Of a DNA stretch of 64,000 nt, positions 38,838 to 52,562 are shown piece after piece; within the stretch, counting starts at the first letter, position 1, and each line of letters begins with the position of its first letter. The position numbers and the translations under genes are program-made. The notes below the pieces were generated by a model. That model searched no databases. It was not told the origin of the DNA and worked only from the letters and a program-made list of their open reading frames with translations. The DNA is from the human T2T-CHM13v2.0 reference genome, Homo sapiens: assembly GCF_009914755.1 (NCBI RefSeq), contig NC_060934.1; one strand, written 5' to 3'.

Positions 38838-41800
38838 CTGCAAGACAGGGAGACACAGGCTTACGCAGGGTCCCTGCCCGCAGCACACTCTCCACCGCCG
38901 GCACTAGTCAGCATTACTCCCTGTGGGATATTCCCAAAGTCCTTCCAGCAACAGCTGAGCTTTGCTTTTATCTCACAGTCCATCCCTTTCACACCTCATA
39001 CCTCTTTCTTTGGAGTCTTTTCCCATTTTCTCTTTTTTCCCTTAGTCTCACTTTGCTATTTTCCCATGCCAAAATAGAAATAATTTAATGCACTCCAGGA
39101 CACTATTAGAAAATAAAGCATGCAGATGTTAGGCCAGCTCAGAGACTTTCAGTGCCCCAGGGTGGCCTCACTTTATGCTTTGTTTCAAATCAATTTTGCC
39201 CATTTTAAGAACACAGTTAAACGTCACTATGTGCTTTTAACTTTGGCTCGGAGATTAGGGCCTCCCTTCCCCATCCTGAAGACAAGAGTCTCCGTATATA
39301 TTAAGGTCACAGAGGCTGGATGTTAAACCAGGATGCAGCACAGTACCCCAGAATTCTCCACCACACCCATCTCACGGCTAGACAGTGGATCGGCACCTAA
39401 AGGCAGAAGGATCGGAAAACTCAGACAGTTGCTTGTGAACTGACTTTCCCCTCTTTGGTTCTCAAGTTTTCATGTGTAAGCAAATTGATCTTTGGGAAAT
39501 ACAAAAAACTATTTATACTGAACTTCACAGGTAATTTTAGGGTTTTCAAGAATGAGTTTGTCTTTATACATCCTACCCCCCGACATCCCAGGACTATCTG
39601 CCAGTAGGGTGTGAGATCCACAGACCTGTGTTCCCATGGGGTGGGTGGGCCCAAGCCACGCTTTGCTGGAGCCTGTGACCCAGGGATGGAGAGCAGACAG
39701 GACCAGCGCTTACTGAGCACCTGGTACGTGCCTGGGACACTTCTGGTAAGCACAGCTGCCACACACATGCCCTCCTGGGGTTCTTTATCCTCCACAGTGA
39801 CTCCATGAGGAAGGTACTATTTCCAACCACATTTTACAGATGAGAAAACTGAAGCACAGAGGAATTAAGTAACCTGTTGAATGCGCACAGCGAATGAGTG
39901 GCACAGCCAGAGATTCAAGTCCCGACTCTGGGCTCTCAGCCATCCCACTCTCCCTCCTGCCATCTCTCCGCCAAGAACTGGGGAAACCAAGCAGGCTGCT
40001 CTGAGGGCTGAGGCAGAGGGTGGGGCTGTGTCCTGGCTGAGGGCACCACAGCGGGCCCGTGGGGAGGCAGGGGGAGAGGCCGTGGGGCCCAACGCTCAGG
40101 AGGGTGAGGAGCAGCCAGGGCTCTGTGATAACCTCTGGAGCCCTTCACTAAACAGATAAGCCCTGCTCGCCGGGGCTCAGGCAGCCGCTGGGCAGCAGAG
40201 CTGTGGAGGTCGGTAGGAAGGAAGCTGGAGGCTGAGACAGTGGAGCCCAACCCCAGAGGCTGCTCGGTTGGCTGGTGTGGTCACTCACAGGACTGTGGGC
40301 ATTGCCACCTACCGAGGTTGCCACCTGGAAGCAGCTCTGCCTTGGGGACAGCAGTGCTGCACAGCATTTGGGCTACGAAGGCTGGAATGGCTGAGTGTGC
40401 GAGATAGGGAGAGGAAGCCAGATGCCACCAGGAAGCTTTTCTGTGTCAGCATTCCTAGAAAAATATCTCAAGGTGACTTGGAAAAAAAAAAGGAACCTGG
40501 AGATCCACAGCTCCAGGAATTTGTGGTTACTTGGTTTGTCCTAAATATTCACTTTTGTACCTAATCTTGAATTTCTCATTTGAAAATTATTTTCCCTGAA
40601 GAGGGCCACCCAAGTCACACAAGCTTCAGGCCCCACAAAACTTGGATCTGCCCTGCCCAGAGCTGTGCCCCTGTCCTGGGTCCTGCCCCAACGTGCTCTC
40701 AGCCTGTCTAACTTTTTAAGTATTTATATATATTTTTATATATGCATAACTGTTAAGGAAATGGCCACACACTGTTCTGCAAAGTGACTACTCCATTTTA
40801 CTTTCCCGCCAGCTGTGTATGACAGTTCTGGGACCCCCACATACACACCAACACTAGCTATGCTCAGACTTTTTACTTTTAGCCATCCGAATAGGTGTGC
40901 AGGTGTTTGAATTTGCATTTCCCAAATGACTGATGATATTGGACATCTTTTATGTATTTAGTTGCTATCTGTGTGTCGTTTTTGGTGAAATATCTGTTCA
41001 AATCTTTTGCCTATTTTTAAAATAGATTATTTATTTTCCATTATTGGTGTTGAGAGTTCTTGACATATTCTGGATATAAGGCCTTTACCAGATATTTGCT
41101 TTGCAAATATTTCTCCCAGTCCATGTCTCTCTCTTTTTTCATTCTATTAACAGTGTATTTCCAAGAGCAGAAGTTTTTAATTTTGCAAAGTCCAATTAAT
41201 CATTTTTTTCGTTTATTGAGTGTGCTTCCTGCATTGTATCTAAGAAATCTTTACTTCATCTAAGGCCATAAAAGTTTTCTTCTAGGTTTTCTTTCAAAAG
41301 TTTCACAGTTTTAGGATTTACATGTAGGTCTATGAGTTACTTTTTGTATATGGGAGAAGGTGTAATTGAAGTTCATTCTTCTGCATATGCACATTCCAGC
41401 CCCACTTGGTGAAAAGTCTATCATTTCTCTACAGACACCAGTGAACCTCCATGTGCAATCGTGCTATCTGCAAATAGAGACAGTTTACTTCTTCCTTTCC
41501 AGCTGGGAATCGTTTCTTTCTTTCTTCTTCTAATGACACTGACCAGAGCCTCAAATACCATGTTGAATAGAAGTGGTGAGAGCAGACATTCTTGCTTTTT
41601 CCTGTATCTTATGACAAAAGCATTCGGCTTTTCACCATTAAGTCTATCTGCTATAGGCTGTTTGAAGATGTCCTTAATCAGGTTGAGAAAGTTCTTTTCT
41701 ATTTCTAATTTGCTGAGAGGTTTTTTTTATTGATACATAATATTTGTACATATTTATGGAGTACATGTGATGTTTTGTTACATGCATAGAGTGTGTAATA

Positions 41801-42322
41801 ATCAACTCTAGGAATTTGGGGTGTCCATCACTTCAAGTGTTTATTATTCCTATGTGTTGGGAACATTTCAAGTCCTCTCTTCTAGTTATTTTGAAATATG
41901 CAATACATTGTTGTTAACTATTGTTACTCTACCCTGCTATGGAACATTAGAATTTATTCTAACTCTATGTGTGTACCCATTAACCAACCTCTCTTCATCC
42001 CCCTCTCTGCTTGACTCTTCTCAGCCTCTGGTAACCATCATTCTAATCTCTACCTCCATGAGACAAACTTCTTTTCAGCTCCTACATATAAGTGAGAACA
42101 TGCAATATTTGTTTTTCTATGCCTAGCTTATTTCACTTAATATGCTGGTTCCATTCATTGCTGCAAATGACACGATTTCATTCCTTTTCTATGGCCGAAT
42201 AGTATAACATTTTGTATATATACCACAGTTTCTTTATCCATTCATCCACTGATGGACACGTAGGTTGATTCCATATCTTTGCTATTGTGAATAGTGCTGC
42301 AATAAACATTGGGGTACATTAA

Positions 42323-42450
42323 CGTATTTATGCCAAGTGTTCCATTATTGGAATGCTAAGCTTGTGGGAGTTATGCATATCCTACTGCTCAAGGTCACTG
42401 CCAAGGTCTGATTTTTCCCCCAAAAATTTGCAACCTCCGGCATAAATGGG
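42323..42450 (+). mobile_element. MER85 (piggyBac/PGBD3-derived MITE) with TTAA target-site duplications
   Basis: TTAA|cgtatttatgcc...ggcataaatggg|TTAA terminal inverted repeats; internal palindrome gttccattattggaat. Confidence 0.9.
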
Positions 42451-44010
42451 TTAATTCCTTTGATATACTGATTTCCTTTCCTTTGGATAAATACCAGCAG
42501 TGGAATTGCTGGATCACATGGTGGTTTTACTTTTAGGTTTTTTGAGAAATCTCCATACTGTTTTCCATAATGACTGTGTTAATTTACATTCCCACCAACA
42601 ATGTATAAGAGTTTTCTTTTTTCAGTATCTTCTCCAGTGTCTATTTTTTTTGTGTTTTTTATAATAGGCATTCAAACTAGGGTAAGATGATATCTCATTG
42701 TGGTTTTGACTTGCATTTCTCTGCATTTTTTTCATATACCTCTTCACCATTTGTATGTCTTCTTTTGTGGAATGTCTATAGGATCCTTTGCCCACTTTTT
42801 AATGGGTTGTTTTGCCAGCTGAGTTCCTTGTATATTCTGGATATTCGTTTCTTGTCAGATGAACAGTTTGCAAATATTTTTCTCCTATTCAACGGGTTGT
42901 CTCTTCACTCTGCCGATTGTTTCCTTTGCTGTGCAGAAGATTTTTAGTTTAATATAGTCCCACTTAGCTATTTTTGTTTTTGTTGCCTGTGCTTTAGAAG
43001 CCTTAGCCATAAAGTCTTTGACTAGACCAACATCCTGGAGTCTTTCCCTCTATGTTTTCTTCCAGTAGTTTCATACTTTCATGTTTTATGTGTAAGTCTT
43101 TAATACATTTGTAGTTGATTTCTGTACAGAGAAATGTGAGAGATGGGGTCTAGTCTCAGTCTTCTGCATATGGATATCCAGTTTTCCAGCATCACTTATT
43201 GAGGAGGGTGTCCTTTCCCCAGTGTATGTTCTTGGCACCTGTGTGGAAAATTGGTTGGCTGCTGAGCCACGTTTTTATTGGGAATGGATGTTAGATTTTG
43301 TCAAATGTCTTTTCTGCATCTATTGTAATGACAGTATATCTTTTTAGTGTGTTAATTGATGAATTACGCTAATACATTTTCAAATGCTAAACCAATCTTG
43401 CATTCCTGGGAGAAATCCCGCTTGGTAATGATGTACTATCCCTTTTATATATTGTTGTTTTGATTTGCTAAAATTTTGTTAAAAATATTTTATGTATCTT
43501 CATGAGGGATATTGGCCTGCAGTTTCCTTTACTTACAGTGTCTTGGTCTGGTTTTGGTGGCCTCACAGAATAAGCTATTAAATATTCCCTTGTTTTCAAA
43601 CCTAGAAGTTTGTAGATAATTGCTATTATTCCTTCCTTAAATATTTGATATAATTCACCAATGCAGCCATCTAGGCCTGGAGTTTACTTTGTGGAAATGT
43701 TTGTAATAACAAATACAATTTCTTTAATATATACATCTATTTCTTCTTGAGTAAACTTTACTAGTTTGTGTCTTTCAAAGAATTTGTCAGTTTCATCTAA
43801 GTTATTGAATGAATTGGCATAAAGTTGTCCATAATGTTCCTTTATTATCCTTTTACTATCTGAAGAAGCTGTACTGATATTACCTCTCTCACCCTGATAT
43901 TGGTAATTTCTGTCTTTTTCCTTTTCTCCTTCAATCAGCCTTGCTGGAGGATTACCAATTTTATTGATCTCAACAAATCAGCCTTTTGCTTCATTGACTT
44001 TTTTGTTTTT

Positions 44011-44215
44011 GTGGTTAGCAAACTTGTTTTTAAAGGACTAGATGGCAAACATTTTAGGTTTTTAGGCCATATAGTCTCTGTCACAACTACTTTACTCTGC
44101 CACTATAGTGCAAATGCAGCCAAAGACAATATGTTAACGAAGGGTCATGACTGTATCTGTGTAAACTTCATTTACAAAAACAAACAGCCAGCCTGCAGGT
44201 TGTAGGTTGCCGACT
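44011..44215. mobile_element. MER58-like hAT MITE inside L1
   Basis: ggttagcaaact...gtctctgtcacaactactttactctgcc...gcagccaaagacaatatg...gttgccgac. Confidence 0.75.
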
Positions 44216-45387
44216 TGGGTCATAGTTCATTGATTTCCACTCTGATCTTTATTTTTTTTTCTTCTGCTTACCTTGGGTTTAATTTGGTCTTTTTCTAGTT
44301 TCTTACAGAGTTCAGTGCTATAATTGTCCCTGAACTACTACTTTAGAGGCAGCTCCCAGATTTCAATACGTTGTGTTTTCATTTTAATTCAGTTCAAAAT
44401 ACCTTCTAGTTTCCCTTTGGATTTCTTCTTTAATTTATGGGTTATTTAGAAGTGTGTTAGTTTCCGAATTTGGGGGGATTGTACCAGAATACGGTATATC
44501 TTGCTCAGTGAACTTGCTAAGTGCACTGAGAAAAATTATTCTGCTGTGGTTGGGTGGAGTGTCCTATAAATGTCAATTTGGTCTAGTTGAAAGTTTTGTT
44601 CAAATCTTCAATATCCATACTGATTTTTCTGTCTACTTCTTCTATCAATTATTGAGAGAAGGCTATTCAAATCTCCAATTATAATTTTAGATTTGTCTAT
44701 TTTCTCCTTGTATTTCTATCAGTTTTTGCTTCAGGTAGTTTGAAGCTGTTATGGAGCATAAATATTTAGGACTGTTATGTCCTCTTGAAGAACTGACCTC
44801 TTTATCATTATGAAATGACCTTATTTATCCCTAGTCATATTTTTTACTCTGGTCTGAAATCCTTGATATAAATATAGCCATCCAGTTTTCTTTTGATTAG
44901 TGTCAGTATGATGTTATCTTTTTCCATCCTTTTAACTTATTTGTGTCTTTACATTTTAAGTGCATTTTTTATCAGGCATATAGTTGGGTCCTGCTTTTTA
45001 TCCAATCTGATAAGCTTTATTTATAATGTGATTATTGGGATGCTTAGATTTAAGTCTGGCTTCTGTTTTCTATCTGTCCTTTTTCTCTTTTCTTGTCTTG
45101 TTTTGGATGGAGTTTTTGTTTTTTGTTTTTAATGATTTCATTCTATCTGCTTTGTTGGCTTATTAGTAAAAATCTCACTCTCTTCATGCTATAGGAATTG
45201 CTTTAGGGTTTATGGTATACATCTTTAACTTATCACAGTCTACATTAAGTGATATTATACCCCTTCATGTATGATATAAAGATCTTACAAGATTATACTT
45301 CCATGTCTTCTTTCCTGACCTTTTTTGCAATGATTATCTTACCTTTTACTGGTATACTTTGTTATACATCTCATAATATATTGTTGC

Positions 45388-45671
45388 TATTTTTATTTTA
45401 TTATTTTATTATTATTATTATTATTTTGAGACAGGGTCTTGCTCTGTCACCCAGGCTGGAGTGGAGTGGTGCAATCTCGGCTCACCGCAACCTCCTCTGC
45501 CTCCTGGGTTCAAGCAATTCTCCCGTCTCAGCCTCTTGAGTAGCTGGGATTACAGGCACGCACACCACGCCAGGTTAATTTTTGTATTTTTAGTAGAGAC
45601 GGGGTTTCACCACGTTGGCCAGGCTGTTCTCGAACTCCTGACCTCAGATGATCCACCCGTTTTGGCCTCCC
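45388..45671 (-). mobile_element. Alu, 5'-truncated, (TTA)n tail, inside L1
   Basis: Reverse Alu consensus ending at ttggcctccc. Confidence 0.9.
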
Positions 45672-46338
45672 ATGTTATTTTTAATTTAAATCTTAACATC
45701 TTTTGAAAATATTTAAATTATAAGAGAAAAGCATATATTTACCCATGTAGTTACCACAGTGCTTTTCATTCTGTTGTGTAGATTCAGATTCCCATATGGT
45801 ATTATTTTACTGCTGCCTGGAGGTCTTCCTCTAACATTTCTTGGAGTATGCAGCTATTGGTGATGAATTCTTTCAGCTATTGAGTGTGGGAATCATTAAT
45901 TCATCTTCATTTTTGAAAGATATTCTCACTGGATAAAGTCTTCAAGGTTGGAAATGTTTTTCTTTCACAACTGTTAAGATGTTGCTCTACTTGCATTGTT
46001 TCTCATGAGAATTTTGCCATCATCCTCATTTTTTGATGTTTTGTGTCTTTTTTACTGTTTCACTAGTTATGGGTAATTTGATTATGACGTGCCTCAGTGC
46101 AATTTTATTCAGGTTTCCTATACTTGGAACTCACTGAACTTCTTAGATTTGTGAGCTTATAGTTTTCATAACATTTGGAATATTTTGGCGATTGGTACTT
46201 CGAATACGTGTTTCCATCCCCTGTCCCTGCTTGAGATTCCAGTTACATGTATATTACACAACTTGAGGTTATCCTGCAGCTCGCTGATGCTCTGTTTTTG
46301 TTAAATTTTTTTTCTCTGTGTGTTTTATCTTTGTACAG

Positions 46339-47178
46339 TGTGGTAGCAGAATAACAGCCCCCCAAAGACATCCACATGCCTGTCCCTGGAACCTGTGATT
46401 AGGTTAGGTTACACAGTGAAGAATTAAGGTTGCAGATGGAATTAAAGTTGCTAATCAGCTGGCTGCTTTAAACTAGGAAGATTATCCTAGATTATCCAAG
46501 TGGGCTCAAGGTAATCATAAGGGTATTTAAAAGTGGAGGGGAAGACAGAAGAGGAGTGTAAGAGAGAGATGTGTCTACAGCAGAAGGGATAAAATGTGAG
46601 AAGAACCTGATCTGTCATTTTTAGTCTTGAAGGTGGAGGAAGGGAGCCAGGAGCTGATGAATGCAGGCAACCTCTAGAAACTGGAAAGCTCAAGAAAAAT
46701 GGACTCGCCCTCAGACCCTCCATAACGGAATTCAGGCCTACTGACACCTTGATTTAAGCCCAGTGAAACCTGTGTCAGGCTTCTGACCTACAGAACCATA
46801 AGGTAAATTTGCATTGTTTAAGCCACTAAGTTTGTGGTAACATGTCACAGGCCAGGCACCAGGCACAGTGGCTCACGCCTGTAATCCCAGCACTTTGGGA
46901 GGCTGAGGTGGGAGGATTGCTTGAGCCCCAGTTCAAGACCAGCCTGGGCAACATGGCAAGACCCCAACTCTATGAAAAATAATTTTAAAAAATTAGCCAG
47001 GCACGGCATGACCAAGCCTGTGGTTCCAGCTACTAAGGAGTCTGAGCCCAGGAGTTCCAATCTGCAATGAGCTGTAATCATGCACTGCACTCCAGTCTAT
47101 GCCACAGAGCAAGATCCTGTCTCAATAAATAAATAAATAGTAAACAATGTGTCACAACAGCAATAGAAAACTAATACA
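46339..47178 (+). mobile_element. MLT1 (MLT1D-like) solo LTR, interrupted by AluJ, inside L1
   Basis: tgtggtagcagaataacagccccccaaaga...ttctgacctacagaac...cagcaatagaaaactaataca. Confidence 0.8.
46850..47138 (+). mobile_element. Alu (AluJ-like) inserted in MLT1
   Basis: ggaggattgcttgagccc diagnostic; (AAAT)n tail. Confidence 0.9.
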
Positions 47179-48802
47179 GCTAGCTGCTATTGCTATGTCT
47201 TCACAAATCTTTTCATGTTAGTGTGTCTAATCTGCCATTAACCCCACCCAGCATTAGTTTTCATCTCATACGTAATAGGTTTGATCTCTAGAAGTTTAAT
47301 TTAGGTCTTTTTAAAAAAATAACTTTCATGTGTCTACTTTTTGATCATATAGAATACAGTTAGAAAAACTGTTTTAATGTCTTTGCTAATTCTAAAATCT
47401 GTGTCATTTCTGGGTTTGTCTCAATTGATTGCTTTTTATTTTTCTCCTCATTATGGGCTACATTTTCCTGCTTCTTTGCATTCCTGTTATTTCTAATTAG
47501 TTGCCAGACACTGTGATTTTTAAATGGTTGGGTGATGAATGTTTCTGTATTTCCGTAAATATTCTTCAGCCTTTTTCTGGTATGAACGTAGATTCTTGGA
47601 AAGAGTTTGATCCTTACAGATGTTGCCTCTAAGATTTGTTAGGTGGAACCAGAGTACTCAGTACAGAGCTAATTATTTCCCACTACTGAGGGAAAACCCT
47701 TCTGTATATTCTGTCCTACGCCCTACAAGCTGTTAGGTTTTACGGTCTTGCAGGCAGGAACAGGTGCCATGCTTTGCCTGGCATTAGCGTGGGTGCTGTT
47801 GCCTCTGATCCTTTCTGGTAGTTCTTTGCCCAACCTGGGGTAGTTTTCCTCATGTGCATATGGTGACGAGTGAATGGCTCAATTCTCAAGGCATTTTTCT
47901 CTCTGTGCAGCTCTTTCCTCCTCAGCAGCTACCCTGCAGACTCTAGATGTTTTGATCTGTCTGGACTTTTAGCTCTGTCTCTTCAACTCACAGAGTCCAA
48001 CGGGCTCCACCTGGGTCTCCCCTTCCTGCATACAGCCTGCAAACTTTCTCCAGGCAGTCAGCTGGGGCACATGTAGGGAATCACCTTGTTTCCCATCTCT
48101 TGGGGGTCATAGTCCTTCCCTAACGTATTTTGAAAGCATTGTTTCAAATATTTTGTGCTTTTCTTTTTTCTTTCTTTTCTTTTTTTTGGCTGTTTCAGGT
48201 GGGAGGGTAAATAGGTCCCTGTTACTTTATCTTGTCCAGAAGTGAAAACCCTATTACCATGCCTAAGGGCCTACTCTTTATGAAACACCCTGCAAGGTGC
48301 TTAATAGGCCCAGTCCCAGGCAGTCTTCATAGACACCCTAGGAAGGAGCATTGATGACCCCATTTGACAGGTGGAAAAACCGAGGCTCAGAGAAGTTAAG
48401 AACTTTGCTCATGAACAGGCAAGTGGAGGTGTTGGAATTCAAACACAGGTTTGTTTGCCCATAAACTCATTCTGTTTTCTCAATATAAAATCTTCCTTAT
48501 GGCAATAAAGGGGAGTGCAAGGAAGATGAAATGGAGGATTACAAGATTACAACAAACTTGGGGACTTTCTACAGTGTTCCATGGTTTATGCTGACCTTCT
48601 TCTCTGTAACTTAGGAAACATTAGTATTAGCTTTACTTAAATGAATAAGAATTACACTGGCAAATATTTCAGGAATAAATTCATTATGAAAGATGAGTGT
48701 CTATTATCACAGTTTCTGGTTTTTCCTCTTTTTTAATTGTCTGTGTGGCCACTGTGTTTCCACCCCATCCCATTACACATGACAGACTTCTGAGGCTGCC
48801 TC

Positions 48803-49104
<302 letters not shown>

Positions 49105-49349
49105 CTGAGGCTCTCTTAAACAGTGCTTAGGGTCCAACGTCTATGGGTCAAACCTCAGCTCCCTCAATGTGGAGCACAGTGACTTAATTTCCCCAACTGT
49201 CAGACTCATGCACCTGTAGGGGGATGAAACCAAAGGGACCCACCTCATCAGGAGAATGAAATGGGACAGCCCCTTAGCTTAGTCCCTGGCAGCTGGCAAG
49301 CACTGTCTAAGTGTTCCCTTTTATTATCATATTTAAGTACAGGATAGAG

Positions 49350-49555
49350 GGGGATTTCTCAGCCTCAGCACTACTGACATGTTGGGTGAGATCATTTTTC
49401 ATGGGGTGTGGAGGCCTGTCCTGTGCATAGCAGGATGGGCAGCAGCATCCCTGACCTCTGCCCACTCCCTCCCTCCCAGGCTATGACAGCCAACAGTGTC
49501 TCCATACATTGCCAAATGTCCCTTGGAGCCCAAATGCCCCAGTTAAGAAACATTG
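49350..49555. mobile_element. MER20 hAT element
   Basis: tttctcagcctcagcactactgacat...ctgtcctgtgcat...cagcatccctg...acattgccaaatgtccc. Confidence 0.75.
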
Positions 49556-49789
49556 ATACGCAACAGCCAGATCTCTATTGCCTATGAGTCTAAATGACTT
49601 ACAATTCTATCATCCTGTGACTTCCCGTAGGCACAATGTGGCATGTCCAAGAATTCTAAGTGCCGCTTCTATCAAACTAGCTCCTCCTGTGTTCCCACTT
49701 CGGTGTCCACAGCTAGGTGCCCAAGGCAGGATGTTGGGAGCCCCCTGGACTCTTCCTCTCCCTCACCTTTACACTGACCCCAGTCTCCC

Positions 49790-50710
49790 TGGTGGGCCCA
49801 TCCGTTCTCAGGCGTTAAATGCTGTCCTCGTGCTGAGACATCCAGATTCACTGCTCCCCTGACCTCCAGACCTGCGGGAAGTCCACCTCCCATCTGCCTA
49901 CACCCTCTGCTCTCAGGTGAGGGCAACTCCATCTTCTGGTTACTCAAGTTGAAACCGGACACATCCTTGCTCCACTCTCTCTCACCTCTCCTATCCATTC
50001 CTCTCAGCAAATTCTAGTAGCTTCTCCTTCAGAACATAGCTGCAATCTGGTCACTTCTCACTGCTCACCTGGTCTGGGCCACCACCACTCCTCATCTAGA
50101 GTGCTGTACAGTCTCCAGGCTCCTTCCTTTATCCCGACAATCTATTCTCAGTTGAGCAGCCACAGAGACCTGGTAGAGGCCTGAACCAGCTCCCCAACCC
50201 CTGCTCAACATCCCCCAGCAGGCCCCTCTTGGCAAAGGCCTCGCAGTGAGCCTGAAGGCCCCTCACCCCTACTCCTGCGACGTCATCTCTGGCTCCCCTC
50301 CCCTTTGCTTTTGCCAGTTCTCAAGCACACCCGGCATGCTCCTGCTTCACGGTTTTTGGACCTGCTGTTCCCTTGCTCCTGCTGTGGCCCAGAAAGCTGT
50401 CCTTGCAGCACTGGCCCCCTTCAGGTCTTTCTTCAGATATTACCTTCTTGGGGAATCTTTCCTGACCACCCTATTTAAGGCTCACCATGCATCACCCACC
50501 ACACCCCATGTTCCTTCTTGGCCTGAATTTTTTCATAGCACTGATTGCAATCAATACACTCTGTATGTATTTTATGTGTTTACATGACATGCTTATTCAT
50601 AATGTTTCTGGTTGGCCCACCCCGACTCTGTCTATTTTATAGGCAACTCCAGCACAGCCAGCAGAGCCTGGCATGGAGAGGACACGCACTGAGCCTGAGA
50701 TGAATAGGAG
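49790..50710. mobile_element. L2 remnant
   Basis: ggcaactccatcttc, ctccttcagaacata, tctttcctgaccaccctatttaa, terminal atgaat. Confidence 0.6.
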
Positions 50711-51623
50711 GTTAGTGAGGGCGGCAGCGGCAGAACAAAGGAGACTGGCACACGTGAAACCCTCGCGTAAGGCGGGCATGACACTCACAGACTGATGAGC
50801 GTGAGTAGTGTGAACACTTGTGGGATCTTGAGGGAAGCAGTATCACTATTCCCATTTTAAAGAGAGGTAACTGAGCCCAGAAATGTTTAGAAACAGCCCC
50901 AGCTCTAACTATGAGCTGTGTGTGTATGTACCAGGGAACTATGACCCCGGGAAGTCTGGCTCCTATCCGAACCCCACTTTTCTCACTGCTTCTGCCTGTG
51001 GCTTGTTCAAGGGCACCAGCCCCAGGTGACCAGCCCTTTTTGATTCCAGCCAGGCTTTCTCCCCTCTGAGCTCCTGAACTTAAGGATTTCCTTTTGAGAC
51101 CTGGGGAGAGGGGGAGGCTCGAAAATGCAGGGGTCGCAGGACAAGAACTGGCTTTCAACTTTTCCATATAAACATTTTCATAAGAAAAAGAAAAAAGAGT
51201 AACTGATATGTGTGAAAGCATTTTGTAAGCTGCTGGGACTTATTCCATTATGTTCAGGTGAAAAAGTTGTCAATTGATCAAATTATATATCTGACTTAAC
51301 CCTTCTTTACCAAGGTTTATTGAAAAATATTTTTTAAAACTTTTTTTTAAAAAAATATTTTTTAAAAGTGGCAGCAGCAATGTATGATTTGTCACAGGGC
51401 CCACTGTCACTCTCCTGGCTGCCTAGAGCACAGAAGCCCTCGGAGGGCCCTAGCAGCTGGGTGTCAGGGGTGAAGGCCAAGTGTCTAGATGCAGCCGTCT
51501 AGAGCAGTGTGATCCAACAGAGATATAATGTGAGCTACATGTGAAACTTCAAATGTTTTAGCAGCTACACTCAAAAAGTAAAAAGGAACAGCTGTATTTA
51601 TGTTTAAAGTATATACAAAATAA

Positions 51624-51923
<300 letters not shown>

Positions 51924-51926
51924 TAA

Positions 51927-51974
51927 ATTACTTTCAATGGCAAAAACAGCAATTACTTTTGCACCAACCTAATA
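51927..51974. mobile_element. Half MADE1 / solo Hsmar1 mariner TIR
   Basis: attactttcaatggcaaaaacagcaattacttttgcaccaacctaata matches the centre and one arm of the MADE1 consensus. Confidence 0.85.
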
Positions 51975-52510
51975 TTTTGTTTATTCCAATATATCTACAA
52001 TAGTAGCATTAATTTCAACATGTCAATTAAAATTATTCAGATATTATACATATATTTGTACAAAGTCTTAAAAATCTAGTGTATATTTAGCACTAACAAC
52101 ACATCTCAATTTGGACTAGCCACGTTTCATGTGCTTAGCAGCCACATGTGGCTGGTGGCTACAGTGAGGAACAGTGTGGACTGGGGCTGGCGGTGTATGT
52201 TGCCTTTGATGGGCCATTATTTTGCCAACCACACTCTCAGGCATCCTGAGACCTGCCTGTGTGTGTGGTGTTAGCCCTGGGCAATGAGCCAGCTGGAGGT
52301 TCCTGCACAGGATCCCTAGCGGCGGCCTCACCCTGCCAGATGTACCAGGCTGAACCTCCCTGCTGTCCTCCCAGTCTTCATTCATGTCTTTCATTTCTCT
52401 TTACCTGGTTGCGGCCACCAAACACCACTTCCCTTTCAAGGGTTAATCGCCCTCCCCAGTCTCCCAGCCTGGTTCTCACAGCCTGCCAGTGACTCCAGCT
52501 ATCCACTTAC

Positions 52511-52562
52511 CCCTGGGCATACGCCTGCTCCTCTTCAGACACCTGATGGGCCAGAAGGGCAT
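52511..52562 (-). CDS. ARHGAP22: Alternative first coding exon MPFWPIRCLKRSRRMPR(G), splicing to exon 4
   Basis: caccATG (A at -3), 52 nt = phase 1, consensus donor AGGG|gtaagt; predicts 17+591=608 aa, matching an isoform length I recall. Confidence 0.8.

Larger units (their letters stand above)
40730..48250 (-). mobile_element. Large composite L1 block (old L1M fragments with nested L1MA-like copy ~41722-43260, MER85, MER58, Alus, MLT1)
   Basis: T-rich antisense L1 ORF2/3'UTR motifs throughout; boundaries approximate. Confidence 0.8.

Noticed and set aside
42323-42450. Initially looked like a small-RNA pseudogene inside L1
   Set aside because: TTAA TSDs and terminal inverted repeats identify it as MER85.
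51320-51369. AT-rich quasi-palindrome (aaaaaatatttttt core, duplicated)
   Set aside because: Short low-complexity A/T tract with no evidence of function.
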